Shown one piece after another: positions 47,696-58,241 of a stretch of 64,000 nucleotides of DNA (position 1 is its first letter; every line of letters begins with the position of its first letter). The notes under the pieces are model-generated. The model made no database searches and had not been told where the DNA came from. It worked only from the letters and a program-made list of their open reading frames with translations. This stretch comes from Candidatus Omnitrophota bacterium (GTDB taxonomy: Bacteria; Omnitrophota; Gorgyraeia; Gygaellales; Profunditerraquicolaceae): the NCBI GenBank assembly GCA_030650425.1, contig JAUSED010000009.1:32904-96903 (forward strand). Reading direction: 5' to 3'. The position numbers were made by a program, and so were the translations under genes.

Positions 47696-48094
47696 ATGAC
47701 CGATAAAAGCACCGGAAAAGAAAAAAGAGAGGCAGAGCGCGTACACAAACATTTAATTATACAATTCTCCGCGGATGCCGGGCCTCTCCCCCGGAAATGG
47801 GACATATCTACGGTAGAAGATATAGGAGAAAAAGGGGTAAGCTTTTTAGCGAAAGGCGAATTTACCTTAGGAGAAACTTTTCATATGCTTATGAGGATAC
47901 CACTCAGGCCTTTTGAGTGGTTTGAAGTGACGGGAAAGCTTGTTGGTATCGAGGATGCTAAGATCAAAGATGACGATCCGGACCTGAAGACTTTTCTACT
48001 GAGGATTTCATTTTTAGACTTACAGGAGGAGCAAAAAAAGTTAATCCATAGCTATGTTTCCTGCTGCCTGTTAAAACAAGGAGGTATTAAATGA
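47696..48094 (+). CDS. PilZ domain protein
   Basis: EKREAER and DIGEKG motifs, C-terminal F..L. Confidence 0.8.
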   Translation: MTDKSTGKEKREAERVHKHLIIQFSADAGPLPRKWDISTVEDIGEKGVSFLAKGEFTLGETFHMLMRIPLRPFEWFEVTGKLVGIEDAKIKDDDPDLKTFLLRISFLDLQEEQKKLIHSYVSCCLLKQGGIK

Positions 48095-48453
48095 GTTATG
48101 CTGGTCCGGAAAGAAGAAGGCATCCGAGAGTAAAGGGCCGCTTCATCGTTTCTTACCGCATAATAAGTGACAGCAATAATATCGATATAACCCAAACTAA
48201 AAATATTTCTATGGGTGGGATGCTCCTGACCACCAATAGAAGTTTTAATCTCGGAGTGAATCTTGCTTTAGAGATCAGGCTTCCTTTTGACCCGCATCCG
48301 ATTATGCTTATCGGCCGGGTAGTTGAATCCCGCGAAATCATGAAAGATATGATTTATGACACCCGCATTGAATTTCTGGCGGTTGACGAAAGGCATAGGA
48401 AAATCATAGGTGAAACCGTAGGCTACTATGTTAAGAAAGAAAAGGAAGGCTAA
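48091..48453 (+). CDS. PilZ domain protein
   Basis: ERRRHPR and NISMGG c-di-GMP-binding motifs. Confidence 0.9.
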   Translation: MSYAGPERRRHPRVKGRFIVSYRIISDSNNIDITQTKNISMGGMLLTTNRSFNLGVNLALEIRLPFDPHPIMLIGRVVESREIMKDMIYDTRIEFLAVDERHRKIIGETVGYYVKKEKEG

Positions 48454-49748
48454 TGAAAAAGATCAATGTAGGCTTGGTTGGATTCGGCAATATCGGCTCA
48501 GGGGTGGTTAAGATCTTACGCGAAAGAAAGTCCTTGCTAAGCGAAAAAATCGGCCTTGAGATAAATATTAAAAAGGTCTGTGATCTAGATATATCGAGGC
48601 AGCGTAACGTGAATTTAGCTAAGGATATGCTTACGCGCGACGTAAAAGATATTATTAATGACCCGCAGATAGATATCTTGGTCGAATTGATCGGAGGTGT
48701 GCATCCGGCAAAGGAGTTTATCCTGGAAGCCTTAAAAAAAGGTAAAAATGTGGTTACGGCGAACAAAGCCCTGCTTGCGCAAGCCGGGCAGGAATTATTC
48801 TCTGAAGCCGCTGACCGCGGAAAGAATATTTATTTTGAAGCATCCGTCGGAGCGGGGATACCGATCATCAAATCCCTGCGCGAAGGTTTAGTAGCCAACA
48901 GGTTCTATAGTATATTCGGTATCGTCAACGGCACGTCTAATTATATCTTATCATCTATGTCTAAAAATAATTGCTCTTTCCAAGAAGCCCTGAAAGTGGC
49001 TCGCTCCAAGGGTTTCGCCGAAAAAGACCCTACCCTGGACATCGAGGGGATGGATTCCGCTCATAAATTAATTCTGCTTACTTATTTGGGATTTGGAAAG
49101 TTTGTCGGCTTAAAAGACGTTTTTGTGGAAGGAATATCCCATATTGCTTTGGCAGATATAAATTATGCCAAAGAGCTGGGTTTTGCCATAAAATTATTGG
49201 CTATCGCTAAAAAAGACGGTGAGGATCTGGAGGTAAAGGTGCATCCTACGCTTTTACCGGAAAATCATCTATTGTCTTCGGTAGACGGAGTTTTTAACGC
49301 TATTTATGTTGCCAGTGATCTGGCAGGCGATTTATTATTCTACGGCCCGGGAGCAGGGCAATTATCCGCGGCTTCCGCGGTAGTTTCGGACTTGGTAGAC
49401 TTAACTCAGGATATTAAGGCAGGGCTTTTTAGGCCTACTTTAAACATAATCGAAGATAAAACCGTTAAAAAATTACGTAAAGTTGACGATTTTAAAAGCC
49501 GCTACTATATCCGTTTTATGGTTTTGGATAAGCCGGGGGTGTTAGCTAGGATATCAGGAGTCCTCGCTAAATTCGGCATCAGTATCGGTTCGGTCAGTCA
49601 AAAGGAACGGAACAAGACTCAATTTATCCCGGTAGTCATGCTCATTCATGAAGCAAAAGAAAAAGATATGCGTAATGCTTTAAGCGTAATTAACCGTATG
49701 GATGTGATCAAAGAAAAACCGGTAGTCATAAGGATGGAAGAGGCGTGA
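48453..49748 (+). CDS. hom: Homoserine dehydrogenase (with ACT domain)
   Basis: [46 protein letters not shown]. Confidence 0.96.
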   Translation: MKKINVGLVGFGNIGSGVVKILRERKSLLSEKIGLEINIKKVCDLDISRQRNVNLAKDMLTRDVKDIINDPQIDILVELIGGVHPAKEFILEALKKGKNVVTANKALLAQAGQELFSEAADRGKNIYFEASVGAGIPIIKSLREGLVANRFYSIFGIVNGTSNYILSSMSKNNCSFQEALKVARSKGFAEKDPTLDIEGMDSAHKLILLTYLGFGKFVGLKDVFVEGISHIALADINYAKELGFAIKLLAIAKKDGEDLEVKVHPTLLPENHLLSSVDGVFNAIYVASDLAGDLLFYGPGAGQLSAASAVVSDLVDLTQDIKAGLFRPTLNIIEDKTVKKLRKVDDFKSRYYIRFMVLDKPGVLARISGVLAKFGISIGSVSQKERNKTQFIPVVMLIHEAKEKDMRNALSVINRMDVIKEKPVVIRMEEA

Positions 49749-50806
49749 GGTACCTTGGGTTAATCGATAAATACAAACAATACCTGCCGGTAACGGATAA
49801 GACTCCGGTGGTTACGTTAAATGAAGGTAATACCCCTTTAATTCATTCCGCCAACCTTAGTAAGATTTTAGGAAGCGGCTTCGAAGTCTATCTGAAATAT
49901 GAAGGCTTAAATCCTACCGGTTCTTTCAAGGATAGAGGTATGACTATGGCTATTTCCAAGGCTTGCGAAGAAGGCGCAAACGCGGTGATCTGCGCCTCAA
50001 CCGGAAATACCTCTGCTTCCGCGGCAGCTTACGCGGCGCGAGCCGGAATAAAATGCATCGTGCTTATTCCCAGCGGCGCGATTGCTTTAGGTAAGTTAAG
50101 CCAAGCGCTTATTCACGGAGCGGTGGTTTTAGCGGTAAAAGGCAATTTCGATGACGCCTTGAATTTAGTGCGAGAAATTAGCGCCAAATATCCGATTACT
50201 CTGGTAAATTCACTTAACCCTTTTCGCATTGAAGGCCAGAAAACCGCGAGTTTTGAAATTTGCGATTTTCTGGGCGATGCCCCGGATTTCCAAATTATGC
50301 CTGTGGGCAATGCCGGAAATATTACCGCGTATTGGAAAGGATATAAAGAGTATCGGCAAGCAGGAATATCTAAAAGACTGCCGAAGATGCTGGGTTTTCA
50401 GGCAGAAGGGGCTGCTCCTATAGTAAAAGGCCATGCAATTAAGAATCCCGAAACCATCGCTACAGCTATACGCATTGGAAATCCAGCAAGCTGGAAACAA
50501 GCAAAAGAGGCAAGGGATGATTCGGGCGGGTTAATCGATATGGTTTCCGATAGCCAAATACTAGAAGCCTATAAACTTCTGGCTGCTGCTGATGGGGTAT
50601 TTGTCGAGCCGGCTTCCGCGGCCTCAGTCGCAGGGTTACTTAAACTTAATCAAAGTGGTTACTTTAAAGATAAGTCTCCGGCAAAATTGGTATGTATCTT
50701 AACCGGCCATGGATTAAAAGACCCTGACAGGGCGATCAAGAGCGTAAAAAAGCCCAAGGTGATTAAGCCGGAAATGAAAGCGATATTAAAAGAGATTGGC
50801 TACTAA
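49745..50806 (+). CDS. thrC: Threonine synthase
   Basis: [40 protein letters not shown]. Confidence 0.97.
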   Translation: MRYLGLIDKYKQYLPVTDKTPVVTLNEGNTPLIHSANLSKILGSGFEVYLKYEGLNPTGSFKDRGMTMAISKACEEGANAVICASTGNTSASAAAYAARAGIKCIVLIPSGAIALGKLSQALIHGAVVLAVKGNFDDALNLVREISAKYPITLVNSLNPFRIEGQKTASFEICDFLGDAPDFQIMPVGNAGNITAYWKGYKEYRQAGISKRLPKMLGFQAEGAAPIVKGHAIKNPETIATAIRIGNPASWKQAKEARDDSGGLIDMVSDSQILEAYKLLAAADGVFVEPASAASVAGLLKLNQSGYFKDKSPAKLVCILTGHGLKDPDRAIKSVKKPKVIKPEMKAILKEIGY

Positions 50807-51443
50807 TTTAAAAGGAAAAAAAGTTTTAATTACCGCCGGCCCAACCTGGGTTCCGATAGATAGTGTCAGGGTAATTAGCAATACTGCCACCGGAAAAACC
50901 GGTATTTTATTAGCTGACAGTTTAGCGCGGCAGGGAGCAAAAGTTACCTTGTTACTTGGGCCTGTTGGCGCCTATTCTGTAAATAAAAAAGTAAAAATTA
51001 TAGATTTTAAGTTTTTTGATGAACTAAATTATCGATTAAAAGGCGAGCTGAAGAAAAGAAAATACGCGGCCGTAATTCATGCTGCCGCGGTTTCGGATTA
51101 TAAATTAAATGCGGCCAGCAGGAAAAAAATAAGTTCACATAAACAATGTTTAAACTTAACCCTCAAACAGACGCCTAAGATTATTAATGCGCTGCGCAAG
51201 CTAAGCCCGGGATCTTTTCTAGTTGGTTTTAAATTTGAGCCGGATTTAGCCGGAAAGAAGCTTATTTTGAAAGCGCGCGGCCTTTTTAAGCGGGCGCGGC
51301 TGGATTTGGTAGCGGCTAACAGTAGATATAAAAAACATTATATCGCGTATTTAGTAAGCGCTAAAAATGAATGCGGCCCATTTTTATCAAAAGAAAAGAT
51401 GGTTAAGGGGTTGGCCGGTTTAATTGGAGAAGGATGCGCATAA
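50796..51443 (+). CDS. coaB: Stand-alone phosphopantothenate-cysteine ligase (CoaB domain)
   Basis: LITAGPT...D.VR.ISN..TG.TG, AAAVSDY, LVGFK.E; no CoaC domain. Confidence 0.85.
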   Translation: MATNLKGKKVLITAGPTWVPIDSVRVISNTATGKTGILLADSLARQGAKVTLLLGPVGAYSVNKKVKIIDFKFFDELNYRLKGELKKRKYAAVIHAAAVSDYKLNAASRKKISSHKQCLNLTLKQTPKIINALRKLSPGSFLVGFKFEPDLAGKKLILKARGLFKRARLDLVAANSRYKKHYIAYLVSAKNECGPFLSKEKMVKGLAGLIGEGCA

Positions 51444-52642
51444 AGTATATTGTTTTAGTTTGTGACGGAATGGCTGATTACCCAATTAAAGAATTGGGTG
51501 AACGTACCCCTATGGAGGCGGCTAAAACACCGAATATGAATTTTATTGCCAAGCACGGAAGGCTGGGCCGGGTAAAGACTATTCCTGACGGTTTTACCCC
51601 GGGTTCGGACGTGGCCCAAATTAGTATTTTCGGTTATGATCCAAAAAAATATTATACCGGAAGAGGCCCGCTGGAAGCGGCGAATCTCGGAGTTGAACTT
51701 GAAGATGATGACGTGGCTTTTCGCTGTAATCTGGTTACGGTTTCAGGTGGGAAACTCACGGATTACAGCGCAGGCCATATAAGTTCAAAAGAGGCGGGGA
51801 TTCTTATCAAGTTTATTGACGAACATTTAGGGACTAATCGGATTAAATTCTATCCCGGAATAAGTTACCGGCATTTGATGGTAGCTAAAAGGGGAGCCGA
51901 CGCGCATCTTGAAAATATACAATGCAAGCCCCCGCACGACATAACTGGACAGGAGATCGCGCTAAATTTACCCAAAGGGGATTCCTCAGGTACGTTGATT
52001 AAATTAATGGAAGAGTCGCGCGAAATATTGGCTAAACATGAGATTAATCTGGTGCGCCTTGATTTAAAAGAAAACCCCGCGAATATGATCTGGCTCTGGG
52101 GACAAGGGAAACGGCCAAATATGCCGAAGTTTAGCGAAAAATATGATTTAACCGGGAGCGTTATCTCCGCGGTAGATTTGATTAAAGGATTAGGCAGGCT
52201 TTTGGGCTTAGAGGTGATTAATGTTCCCGGGGCTACCGGTTATTACGACACTAATTACGAGGGCAAAGCCAAGGCCGCGCTAAAATCGTTAGAAAAAAAT
52301 GATTTTGTTTTTGTGCATGTAGAGGCAGCTGATGAAGCCGGACACAACGGAGATTTAAGGGAAAAGATTACCGCCATCGAAAGGTTTGACCATCTGGTTT
52401 TGGGCAATATACTTAAGGCGTTTAAACACAAGCATAATTTCAGGATTTTAGTTTTACCGGACCACGCTACTCCGGTTTCGCGTAAAACGCACGCTAGCGA
52501 CCCTGTGCCTTTCGGCATATTCGGGCAGGATGTGGTGGCCAGAGGTTTTTTGAATTATAGCGAAAAGGAAGCCCTAAAATCAGATCTCTATTTTGAAAAA
52601 GGGCATGAGTTAATGGATTATTTCATTAAGCAAGCCGATTAA
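51434..52642 (+). CDS. apgM: ApgM-family cofactor-independent phosphoglycerate mutase / proposed homoserine kinase
   Basis: DGMAD, TPMEAAKTPNM, GSDVA, GRGPLEA, HVEAADEAGH, DHATP. Confidence 0.88.
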   Translation: MRIKYIVLVCDGMADYPIKELGERTPMEAAKTPNMNFIAKHGRLGRVKTIPDGFTPGSDVAQISIFGYDPKKYYTGRGPLEAANLGVELEDDDVAFRCNLVTVSGGKLTDYSAGHISSKEAGILIKFIDEHLGTNRIKFYPGISYRHLMVAKRGADAHLENIQCKPPHDITGQEIALNLPKGDSSGTLIKLMEESREILAKHEINLVRLDLKENPANMIWLWGQGKRPNMPKFSEKYDLTGSVISAVDLIKGLGRLLGLEVINVPGATGYYDTNYEGKAKAALKSLEKNDFVFVHVEAADEAGHNGDLREKITAIERFDHLVLGNILKAFKHKHNFRILVLPDHATPVSRKTHASDPVPFGIFGQDVVARGFLNYSEKEALKSDLYFEKGHELMDYFIKQAD

Positions 52643-52661
52643 TTCACCGGGGAGAAAATTA

Positions 52662-53888
52662 ATGAAAATGGGAAATAAGCTGATTGTCCAGAAATTCGGT
52701 GGTTCATCCGTCGCGAATGTGGAAAGGATACAACGTGTGGCCGACAGGGTTGTGAGTTATCGAAAAAAAGGCCGGGATTTAGTGGTGGTAGTTTCGGCAT
52801 TAGGGGATACTACCGATGAATTGATCGAGTTAGCCGCGAAAATTAACAGTGAACCCAGCGAACGCGAGATGGACATGCTCCTGTCTACCGGAGAACAAAT
52901 TTCTGTCGCGCTTCTGGCAATGGCGATACACAAATTAGGCTTTGAGGCGATATCATTTACCGGCGCCCAGGTGGGTATCATTACGGATTCGAGTCATACC
53001 CGCGCCAGAATCATCAAAATCAACGCGGATAAAATAAAAGAAGCGCTTAAGGAAGGAAAGATTGTTATTGTTGCCGGATTCCAAGGTATGACTTTAAATC
53101 AAGATATTACTACGCTTGGCCGCGGAGGTTCAGATCTAACCGCGGTTGCCTTGGCTAAAGAATTAAAGGCCGATGAATGCGAAATATATACCGACGTGGA
53201 AGGAATCTATACGACCGACCCAAGAATAGAAAAAAAGGCAAAAAAAATCGAAGCAATTACTTACGATGAAATGCTGGAGATGGCTTCTTTGGGCGCCCAA
53301 GTTATGCAGGCCCGCTCCATTGAAGTAGCCAAAAAATTTAATGTACCTATACATGTGCGTTCGTCGTTTTCGCAAAAAACCGGCACCAAGATTATTAAGG
53401 AGGTCAGTAAAATGGAGGAAGTAGTTGTCAGTGCGGTTACCTTAAATCGAAACGAAGCTAAGATTACTATCTGTAATGTCCCGGACCGTCCGGGAGTCGC
53501 TGCCACGATATTCAAAACTCTCGCCGAGGCAGGAGTGAATGTGGATATGATCGTGCAAAACGTAAGTCATGTCCGGCAGACAGATATATCTTTTACGGTA
53601 TCCAAGGCCGAGGCAAGCCGGGCAATCAAAATTACCCGTAAAATCGCGCTTGCTTTGGGCGTGGAAGAAGTCTTGGAAGACGAGGATATCGCGCGCGTTT
53701 CCATAGTCGGCGTAGGGATGAAATCGCATCCGGGTGTCGCCGCCCAAATGTTCGATACGCTGGCCAAAAATAAAATAAATATTGAGATGATCTCTACTTC
53801 GGATATCAGTATTTCTTGTATTATTAAAAATAGGTTTGCCGAAACCGCGGTTAAGTCTTTGCATGCTAAATTTGATTTAGGAAAATAG
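52662..53888 (+). CDS. lysC: Aspartate kinase
   Basis: VQKFGGSSV, GRGGSD.TA, TDVEGIYTTDPR, two ACT domains. Confidence 0.97.
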   Translation: MKMGNKLIVQKFGGSSVANVERIQRVADRVVSYRKKGRDLVVVVSALGDTTDELIELAAKINSEPSEREMDMLLSTGEQISVALLAMAIHKLGFEAISFTGAQVGIITDSSHTRARIIKINADKIKEALKEGKIVIVAGFQGMTLNQDITTLGRGGSDLTAVALAKELKADECEIYTDVEGIYTTDPRIEKKAKKIEAITYDEMLEMASLGAQVMQARSIEVAKKFNVPIHVRSSFSQKTGTKIIKEVSKMEEVVVSAVTLNRNEAKITICNVPDRPGVAATIFKTLAEAGVNVDMIVQNVSHVRQTDISFTVSKAEASRAIKITRKIALALGVEEVLEDEDIARVSIVGVGMKSHPGVAAQMFDTLAKNKINIEMISTSDISISCIIKNRFAETAVKSLHAKFDLGK

Positions 53889-53898
53889 CGAGGTTTAA

Positions 53899-55467
53899 AT
53901 GTTGAAAGTAAAAATTTATGATACGACTTTACGCGACGGCGCTCAAGGCGAAGGCATCTCTTATTCGGTAATGGATAAGATCAGTATTGCTAAAGAATTG
54001 GATCTATTGGGTATTCAATACATTGAAGGCGGCTGGCCGGGATCAAACCCCAAGGATATGGAATTTTTCCTTAAGATGTCCAAGGTCAGCTTGCAGAATA
54101 GCGGCCTTTGCGCTTTTAGCATGACCCGCAGGCTGAATACTAAAGCCGAAGATGACCCTAACATAAAATCCCTGCTTAAATCCCAGGTTAAGATTATCAC
54201 GATTGTCGGAAAAACCTGGGACCTGCATGTGACAGACGTTTTAAAAACTAGCCCGGAAGAAAATCTGGAAATGGTCAAGGATACGATAAGTTTCTTGGTT
54301 TCCAAAGGCCTGACTGTATTCTATGACGCCGAACATTTCTTTGATGCATATAAAGCAAACCAAGATTACGCCTTAAAGACACTCATTGTCGCCCAAGAAG
54401 CAGGCGCGCAGGCAATTTGTCTCTGTGATACTAATGGAGGAGCGTTAACCTCTGAGATTTCCAGAATAGTGCCGGAAATTAAAAAAAGTGTAAAGATAAG
54501 TTTAGGCATTCACTGTCATAATGATGGGGGGCTGGCCGTGGCCAATTCTCTTGCCGCGGTTGAAGCCGGATGCGATTTAGTCCAAGGGACAATCAACGGT
54601 ATTGGAGAGCGCTGTGGAAACGCGGATTTAATCCCGATTATCGCCAATCTAAAACTGAAAATGAAAATTGATTGCATCCCCGATGATAAATTAAAAGAAT
54701 TAACTCATCTATCGCATTTTGTAAGCGAAATCAGCAATATGAAACAACGCCCTGATCAGCCTTATGTCGGCGATTCCAGCTTCGCGCACAAAGGCGGAAT
54801 GCATATTAACGCGATTATGAAAAATCCGAAAACCTATGAGCATATTGATCCCGAATTAGTGGGTAACCACAGGAGGATTTTAGTTTCGGAATTAGCGGGA
54901 AAGACCGGTGTATTAATCCGCGCCAAAGATTTGGATTTAGATTTGAAGAAAGATGACCCTAAGACTAAAAAAATCCTCCAGCTCGTGCAGAAACTTGAAC
55001 ACGAAGGATATCACTTTGAGGCGGCTGAGGCCTCTTTTGAGCTATTGATGAAACGGGCCCTGAATAAATATAAGAAATTTTTTGAGTTGGAGGGTTTTCG
55101 GGTGGTAATTGAAAAGAAATCAGATAAAGAGCTCACTACCGAAGCGATTATCAAAATCAAGGTTAAAGGCGTAAAAGAACATACTGCCGCGGATGGCGAC
55201 GGGCCGGTGAATGCCTTGGATAACGCCTTGCGTAAAGCCCTAAAAGATTTTTATCCTACGCTTTCTAAGATGCGCCTTTCAGATTTTAAAGTGCGGGTAT
55301 TGGATGAAAAAGCAGGTACAGCCGCCAAGGTGAGGGTGCTTATTCAATCGCAAGATGAGACAACAAGTTGGAACACTATCGGAGTATCAGAAAACATTAT
55401 TGAAGCCAGCTGGCAGGCCCTCACCGACAGTATTGAGTACAAACTGCTAAAAGATAACGTCAAATGA
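53899..55467 (+). CDS. cimA: Citramalate synthase
   Basis: DTTLRDGAQGEG, GGWPGSNPKD, YDAEHFFD, HKGGMH, SELAGK, ASWQAL. Confidence 0.93.
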   Translation: MLKVKIYDTTLRDGAQGEGISYSVMDKISIAKELDLLGIQYIEGGWPGSNPKDMEFFLKMSKVSLQNSGLCAFSMTRRLNTKAEDDPNIKSLLKSQVKIITIVGKTWDLHVTDVLKTSPEENLEMVKDTISFLVSKGLTVFYDAEHFFDAYKANQDYALKTLIVAQEAGAQAICLCDTNGGALTSEISRIVPEIKKSVKISLGIHCHNDGGLAVANSLAAVEAGCDLVQGTINGIGERCGNADLIPIIANLKLKMKIDCIPDDKLKELTHLSHFVSEISNMKQRPDQPYVGDSSFAHKGGMHINAIMKNPKTYEHIDPELVGNHRRILVSELAGKTGVLIRAKDLDLDLKKDDPKTKKILQLVQKLEHEGYHFEAAEASFELLMKRALNKYKKFFELEGFRVVIEKKSDKELTTEAIIKIKVKGVKEHTAADGDGPVNALDNALRKALKDFYPTLSKMRLSDFKVRVLDEKAGTAAKVRVLIQSQDETTSWNTIGVSENIIEASWQALTDSIEYKLLKDNVK

Positions 55468-58241
55468 TCGATGAAATTCCCAAACAATACAATCCTAAAG
55501 AAACCGAAGATAAATGGTATAAAGCTTGGGAAGATAATAACCTATTTTCCGCCAAACCAAATCCTCAGAAGAAACCTTTCACTATAGTTATTCCTCCGCC
55601 TAATGTAACCGGAATTTTACATATGGGCCATGCTTTAAATAACACCATTCAGGACATCCTTATCCGCTACCAGCGGATGAAGGGTAAAGAAGCGCTTTGG
55701 ATGCCCGGGACTGATCACGCCGGGATCGCTACACAAAACGTCGTCGAGAAGGCTATTGCCAAAGAGGGATTAAAACGGCAGGATTTAGGCCGCCAAAATT
55801 TTATTGAACGCGTTTGGGTTTGGAAAGAGCAATACGGCTCGACGATCATCCGCCAACTTAAAAAATTAGGGGCTTCCTGCGATTGGCAACGCGAGCGTTT
55901 TACTATGGATGAGGAATACTCTAAGGCGGTAGTGGAAGTTTTTGTCAGGCTATATGAAAAAAATTTAATTTACCGGGGAAGCTATATTATTAACTGGTGC
56001 CCGCGCTGCCAAACCGCTTTATCCGATGAAGAAGCCCCGCACAAAGAACTGCAAGGGAATCTCTATTATTTAAAATACCCGCTTAAAGATAATCCGGATG
56101 AATACGTAATTGTGGCAACTACCCGGCCTGAGACGATGCTGGGTGACACCGCGGTTGCGGTTAACCCTAAAGACAAACGTTATAAGGAATTAATCGGTAA
56201 AACTTTAATCTTGCCATTGGTTAACCGGGAAATAAAAATTATTGCCGATACTCTGGTTGATTTGAAATTTGGCACCGGCGCGGTTAAAGTTACTCCTGCC
56301 CATGACCCTAATGATTACGCTATGGGAAAGAAGCATAAGCTTGAATTTATCAACGTTATGCGCGCTAATGGAACCTTAAATCAGAATGCCGGTGAATATA
56401 GCGGAATGGACAGGTTTGAGGCCAGAGAAGTAATTTTAGAGGATTTAAAAGAAAAAGGATTGTTGGAGAAAATCGAGCCACATAACTTATCTGCCGGGCA
56501 CTGCTATCGCTGTCACACGATCATCGAGCCTTATTTGTCCAAACAGTGGTTTGTGAAGATGAAACCTCTTGCCAAACCCGCATTGGAAGCGGTAAAAAAA
56601 GGTAAGATTAAATTTTATCCTACGCGTTGGGCCAAAGTTTATTTAAATTGGATGGAAAATATCCAAGATTGGTGCATCTCGCGCCAGATTTGGTGGGGGC
56701 ACCGTTTGCCTGTTTATTATTGCAGAGAATGTTCTGAACAAAACACCAAAAACCTAACACCTAACACCAAAGATGGCGTTATAGTTGCTAGAACTAAACC
56801 CGACAAATGTCCTTATTGCGGCTCTATTGATATTTACCAAGATGAAGACGTCCTGGATACTTGGTTTTCCTCCTGGCTCTGGCCATTTGCCACTTTTTAT
56901 TGGCCAGAAACTAATGGACAGTCCCCTCCCCTTCGGGGACAAGTTTCGGGGACAGTCCCTTCCGAAGATCTTAAATATTTTTATCCTACTTCAACCTTGG
57001 TAACTGCTCCGGAAATAATCTTTTTCTGGGTTGCCCGGATGATTATGGCCGGATTAGAATTCATGAAGGAGATACCCTTTAAAGACGTCTATATCCACGG
57101 GACAGTGCGCGACGTTGAAGGCAAAAAAATGTCCAAGTCTTTGGGTAATATCATTGACCCCCTGGAGATTATCAATGAATACGGCACCGATGCCCTGCGT
57201 TTCAGCCTAATCTCAATAACAGCGCAGGGGCAGGATGTATTTTTATCTAAAGAGAGGTTTGAGCAGGGAAGAAATTTTGCCAATAAAATCTGGAATGCTT
57301 CAAGATTTATTTTAATGAATTTAGAACAGGGACAGTCCCCTTCGGGGACAGTCCCTGTTCTAACTGACCTCTGCGTATTTTTTAAAAAAGAAGGCCTAAG
57401 TTTAGTCAATCGCTGGATATTAAGCAGATTTTATTCTACGCTTAGAGAAGTGGAGAAAAATCTGGAAAATTATCAGTTTAATGAAGCAGCAAATACCCTC
57501 TATGGGTTCTTCTGGCATGAATTCTGCGATTGGTACCTTGAGATAATCAAGCCGGATATTAAGAGCGTTCATAATCAGGTAGTGATGTATAAGATACTTG
57601 AGAAATTCCTAAGAGTTTTACATCCTTTTATGCCTTTTATCAGCGAAGAGATCTGGCAAAGACTTATCGAACAGGGACAGTCCCCTTCGGGGACTGTCCC
57701 TGTCAAGACTAGTATAATGATACAACTCTGGCCGCATATCCAAGAGAATATTATCGACCATAAAGCTGAAAAAACAATGCAAGAAGCTCTTGAGATTATT
57801 ACGAGCATCAGGAATATGCGCCTGGAATTAGATATCCCTCCTCAAGCCCAAAACATAGAAGTCAAGATTTCAACATCAAGTAAGAGTAAAAAGGCGGCCT
57901 TGGAGGCGCTTTCCGGCCAAATCAAGAACTTATCCAGGTTAAATAAACTGGAGATTCTTGACGAATACAGGAGAGGCTTGGGAGAATTTACCAGCGTGCT
58001 AAAGGATGCGCATATTACTATTTTTTTATCAGGGGTGATCGATATAGAAAAACATAAGGAAAAAATCAACCAAAAGATTCAGAGGACTGAGAGTGAGATT
58101 AATTTAAAAGAAAAGATGCTCTCGGATAAGAATTTCTTACAGCGGGCGCCTTCGGAGATCGTGGAAATCGAGAGGGAGAAATTAAAGAACCTAAAGGATG
58201 AAGCGCAAAAACTAAAAGGAGTAAAAGATGGCCTTAGGTAA
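55464..58241 (+). CDS. valS: Valine--tRNA ligase (with four repeat-derived in-frame insertions)
   Basis: PPPNVTGILHMGH, DWCISRQIWWGH, KMSKS, C-terminal coiled coil. Confidence 0.98.
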   Translation: MIDEIPKQYNPKETEDKWYKAWEDNNLFSAKPNPQKKPFTIVIPPPNVTGILHMGHALNNTIQDILIRYQRMKGKEALWMPGTDHAGIATQNVVEKAIAKEGLKRQDLGRQNFIERVWVWKEQYGSTIIRQLKKLGASCDWQRERFTMDEEYSKAVVEVFVRLYEKNLIYRGSYIINWCPRCQTALSDEEAPHKELQGNLYYLKYPLKDNPDEYVIVATTRPETMLGDTAVAVNPKDKRYKELIGKTLILPLVNREIKIIADTLVDLKFGTGAVKVTPAHDPNDYAMGKKHKLEFINVMRANGTLNQNAGEYSGMDRFEAREVILEDLKEKGLLEKIEPHNLSAGHCYRCHTIIEPYLSKQWFVKMKPLAKPALEAVKKGKIKFYPTRWAKVYLNWMENIQDWCISRQIWWGHRLPVYYCRECSEQNTKNLTPNTKDGVIVARTKPDKCPYCGSIDIYQDEDVLDTWFSSWLWPFATFYWPETNGQSPPLRGQVSGTVPSEDLKYFYPTSTLVTAPEIIFFWVARMIMAGLEFMKEIPFKDVYIHGTVRDVEGKKMSKSLGNIIDPLEIINEYGTDALRFSLISITAQGQDVFLSKERFEQGRNFANKIWNASRFILMNLEQGQSPSGTVPVLTDLCVFFKKEGLSLVNRWILSRFYSTLREVEKNLENYQFNEAANTLYGFFWHEFCDWYLEIIKPDIKSVHNQVVMYKILEKFLRVLHPFMPFISEEIWQRLIEQGQSPSGTVPVKTSIMIQLWPHIQENIIDHKAEKTMQEALEIITSIRNMRLELDIPPQAQNIEVKISTSSKSKKAALEALSGQIKNLSRLNKLEILDEYRRGLGEFTSVLKDAHITIFLSGVIDIEKHKEKINQKIQRTESEINLKEKMLSDKNFLQRAPSEIVEIEREKLKNLKDEAQKLKGVKDGLR
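56741..56771. repeat. Heptamer repeat (TAACACC-type x4) inside valS
   Basis: aaacacc aaaaacc taacacc taacacc, translated NTKNLTPNTK between the CxxC motifs. Confidence 0.75.
56914..56966. repeat. GGGACAGTCCC palindromic insertion 1 in valS
   Basis: GGACAGTCCCC...CCCCTTCGGGGAC...GGGGACAGTCCC, translated GQSPPLRGQVSGTVPS. Confidence 0.88.
57321..57363. repeat. GGGACAGTCCC palindromic insertion 2 in valS
   Basis: TTAGAACAGGGACAGTCCCC-TTC-GGGGACAGTCCCTGTTCTAA, 20-bp arms with one mismatch; LEQGQSPSGTVPVL. Confidence 0.92.
57671..57703. repeat. GGGACAGTCCC palindromic insertion 3 in valS
   Basis: Perfect hairpin ACAGGGACAGTCCCC-TTC-GGGGACTGTCCCTGT; QGQSPSGTVPV. Confidence 0.92.

Noticed and set aside
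57097-57110. CGGGACAGTGCG in valS as a fourth palindromic insertion
   Set aside because: It encodes the conserved HG.VRD motif before KMSKS, adds no length and lacks the GTCCC arm.
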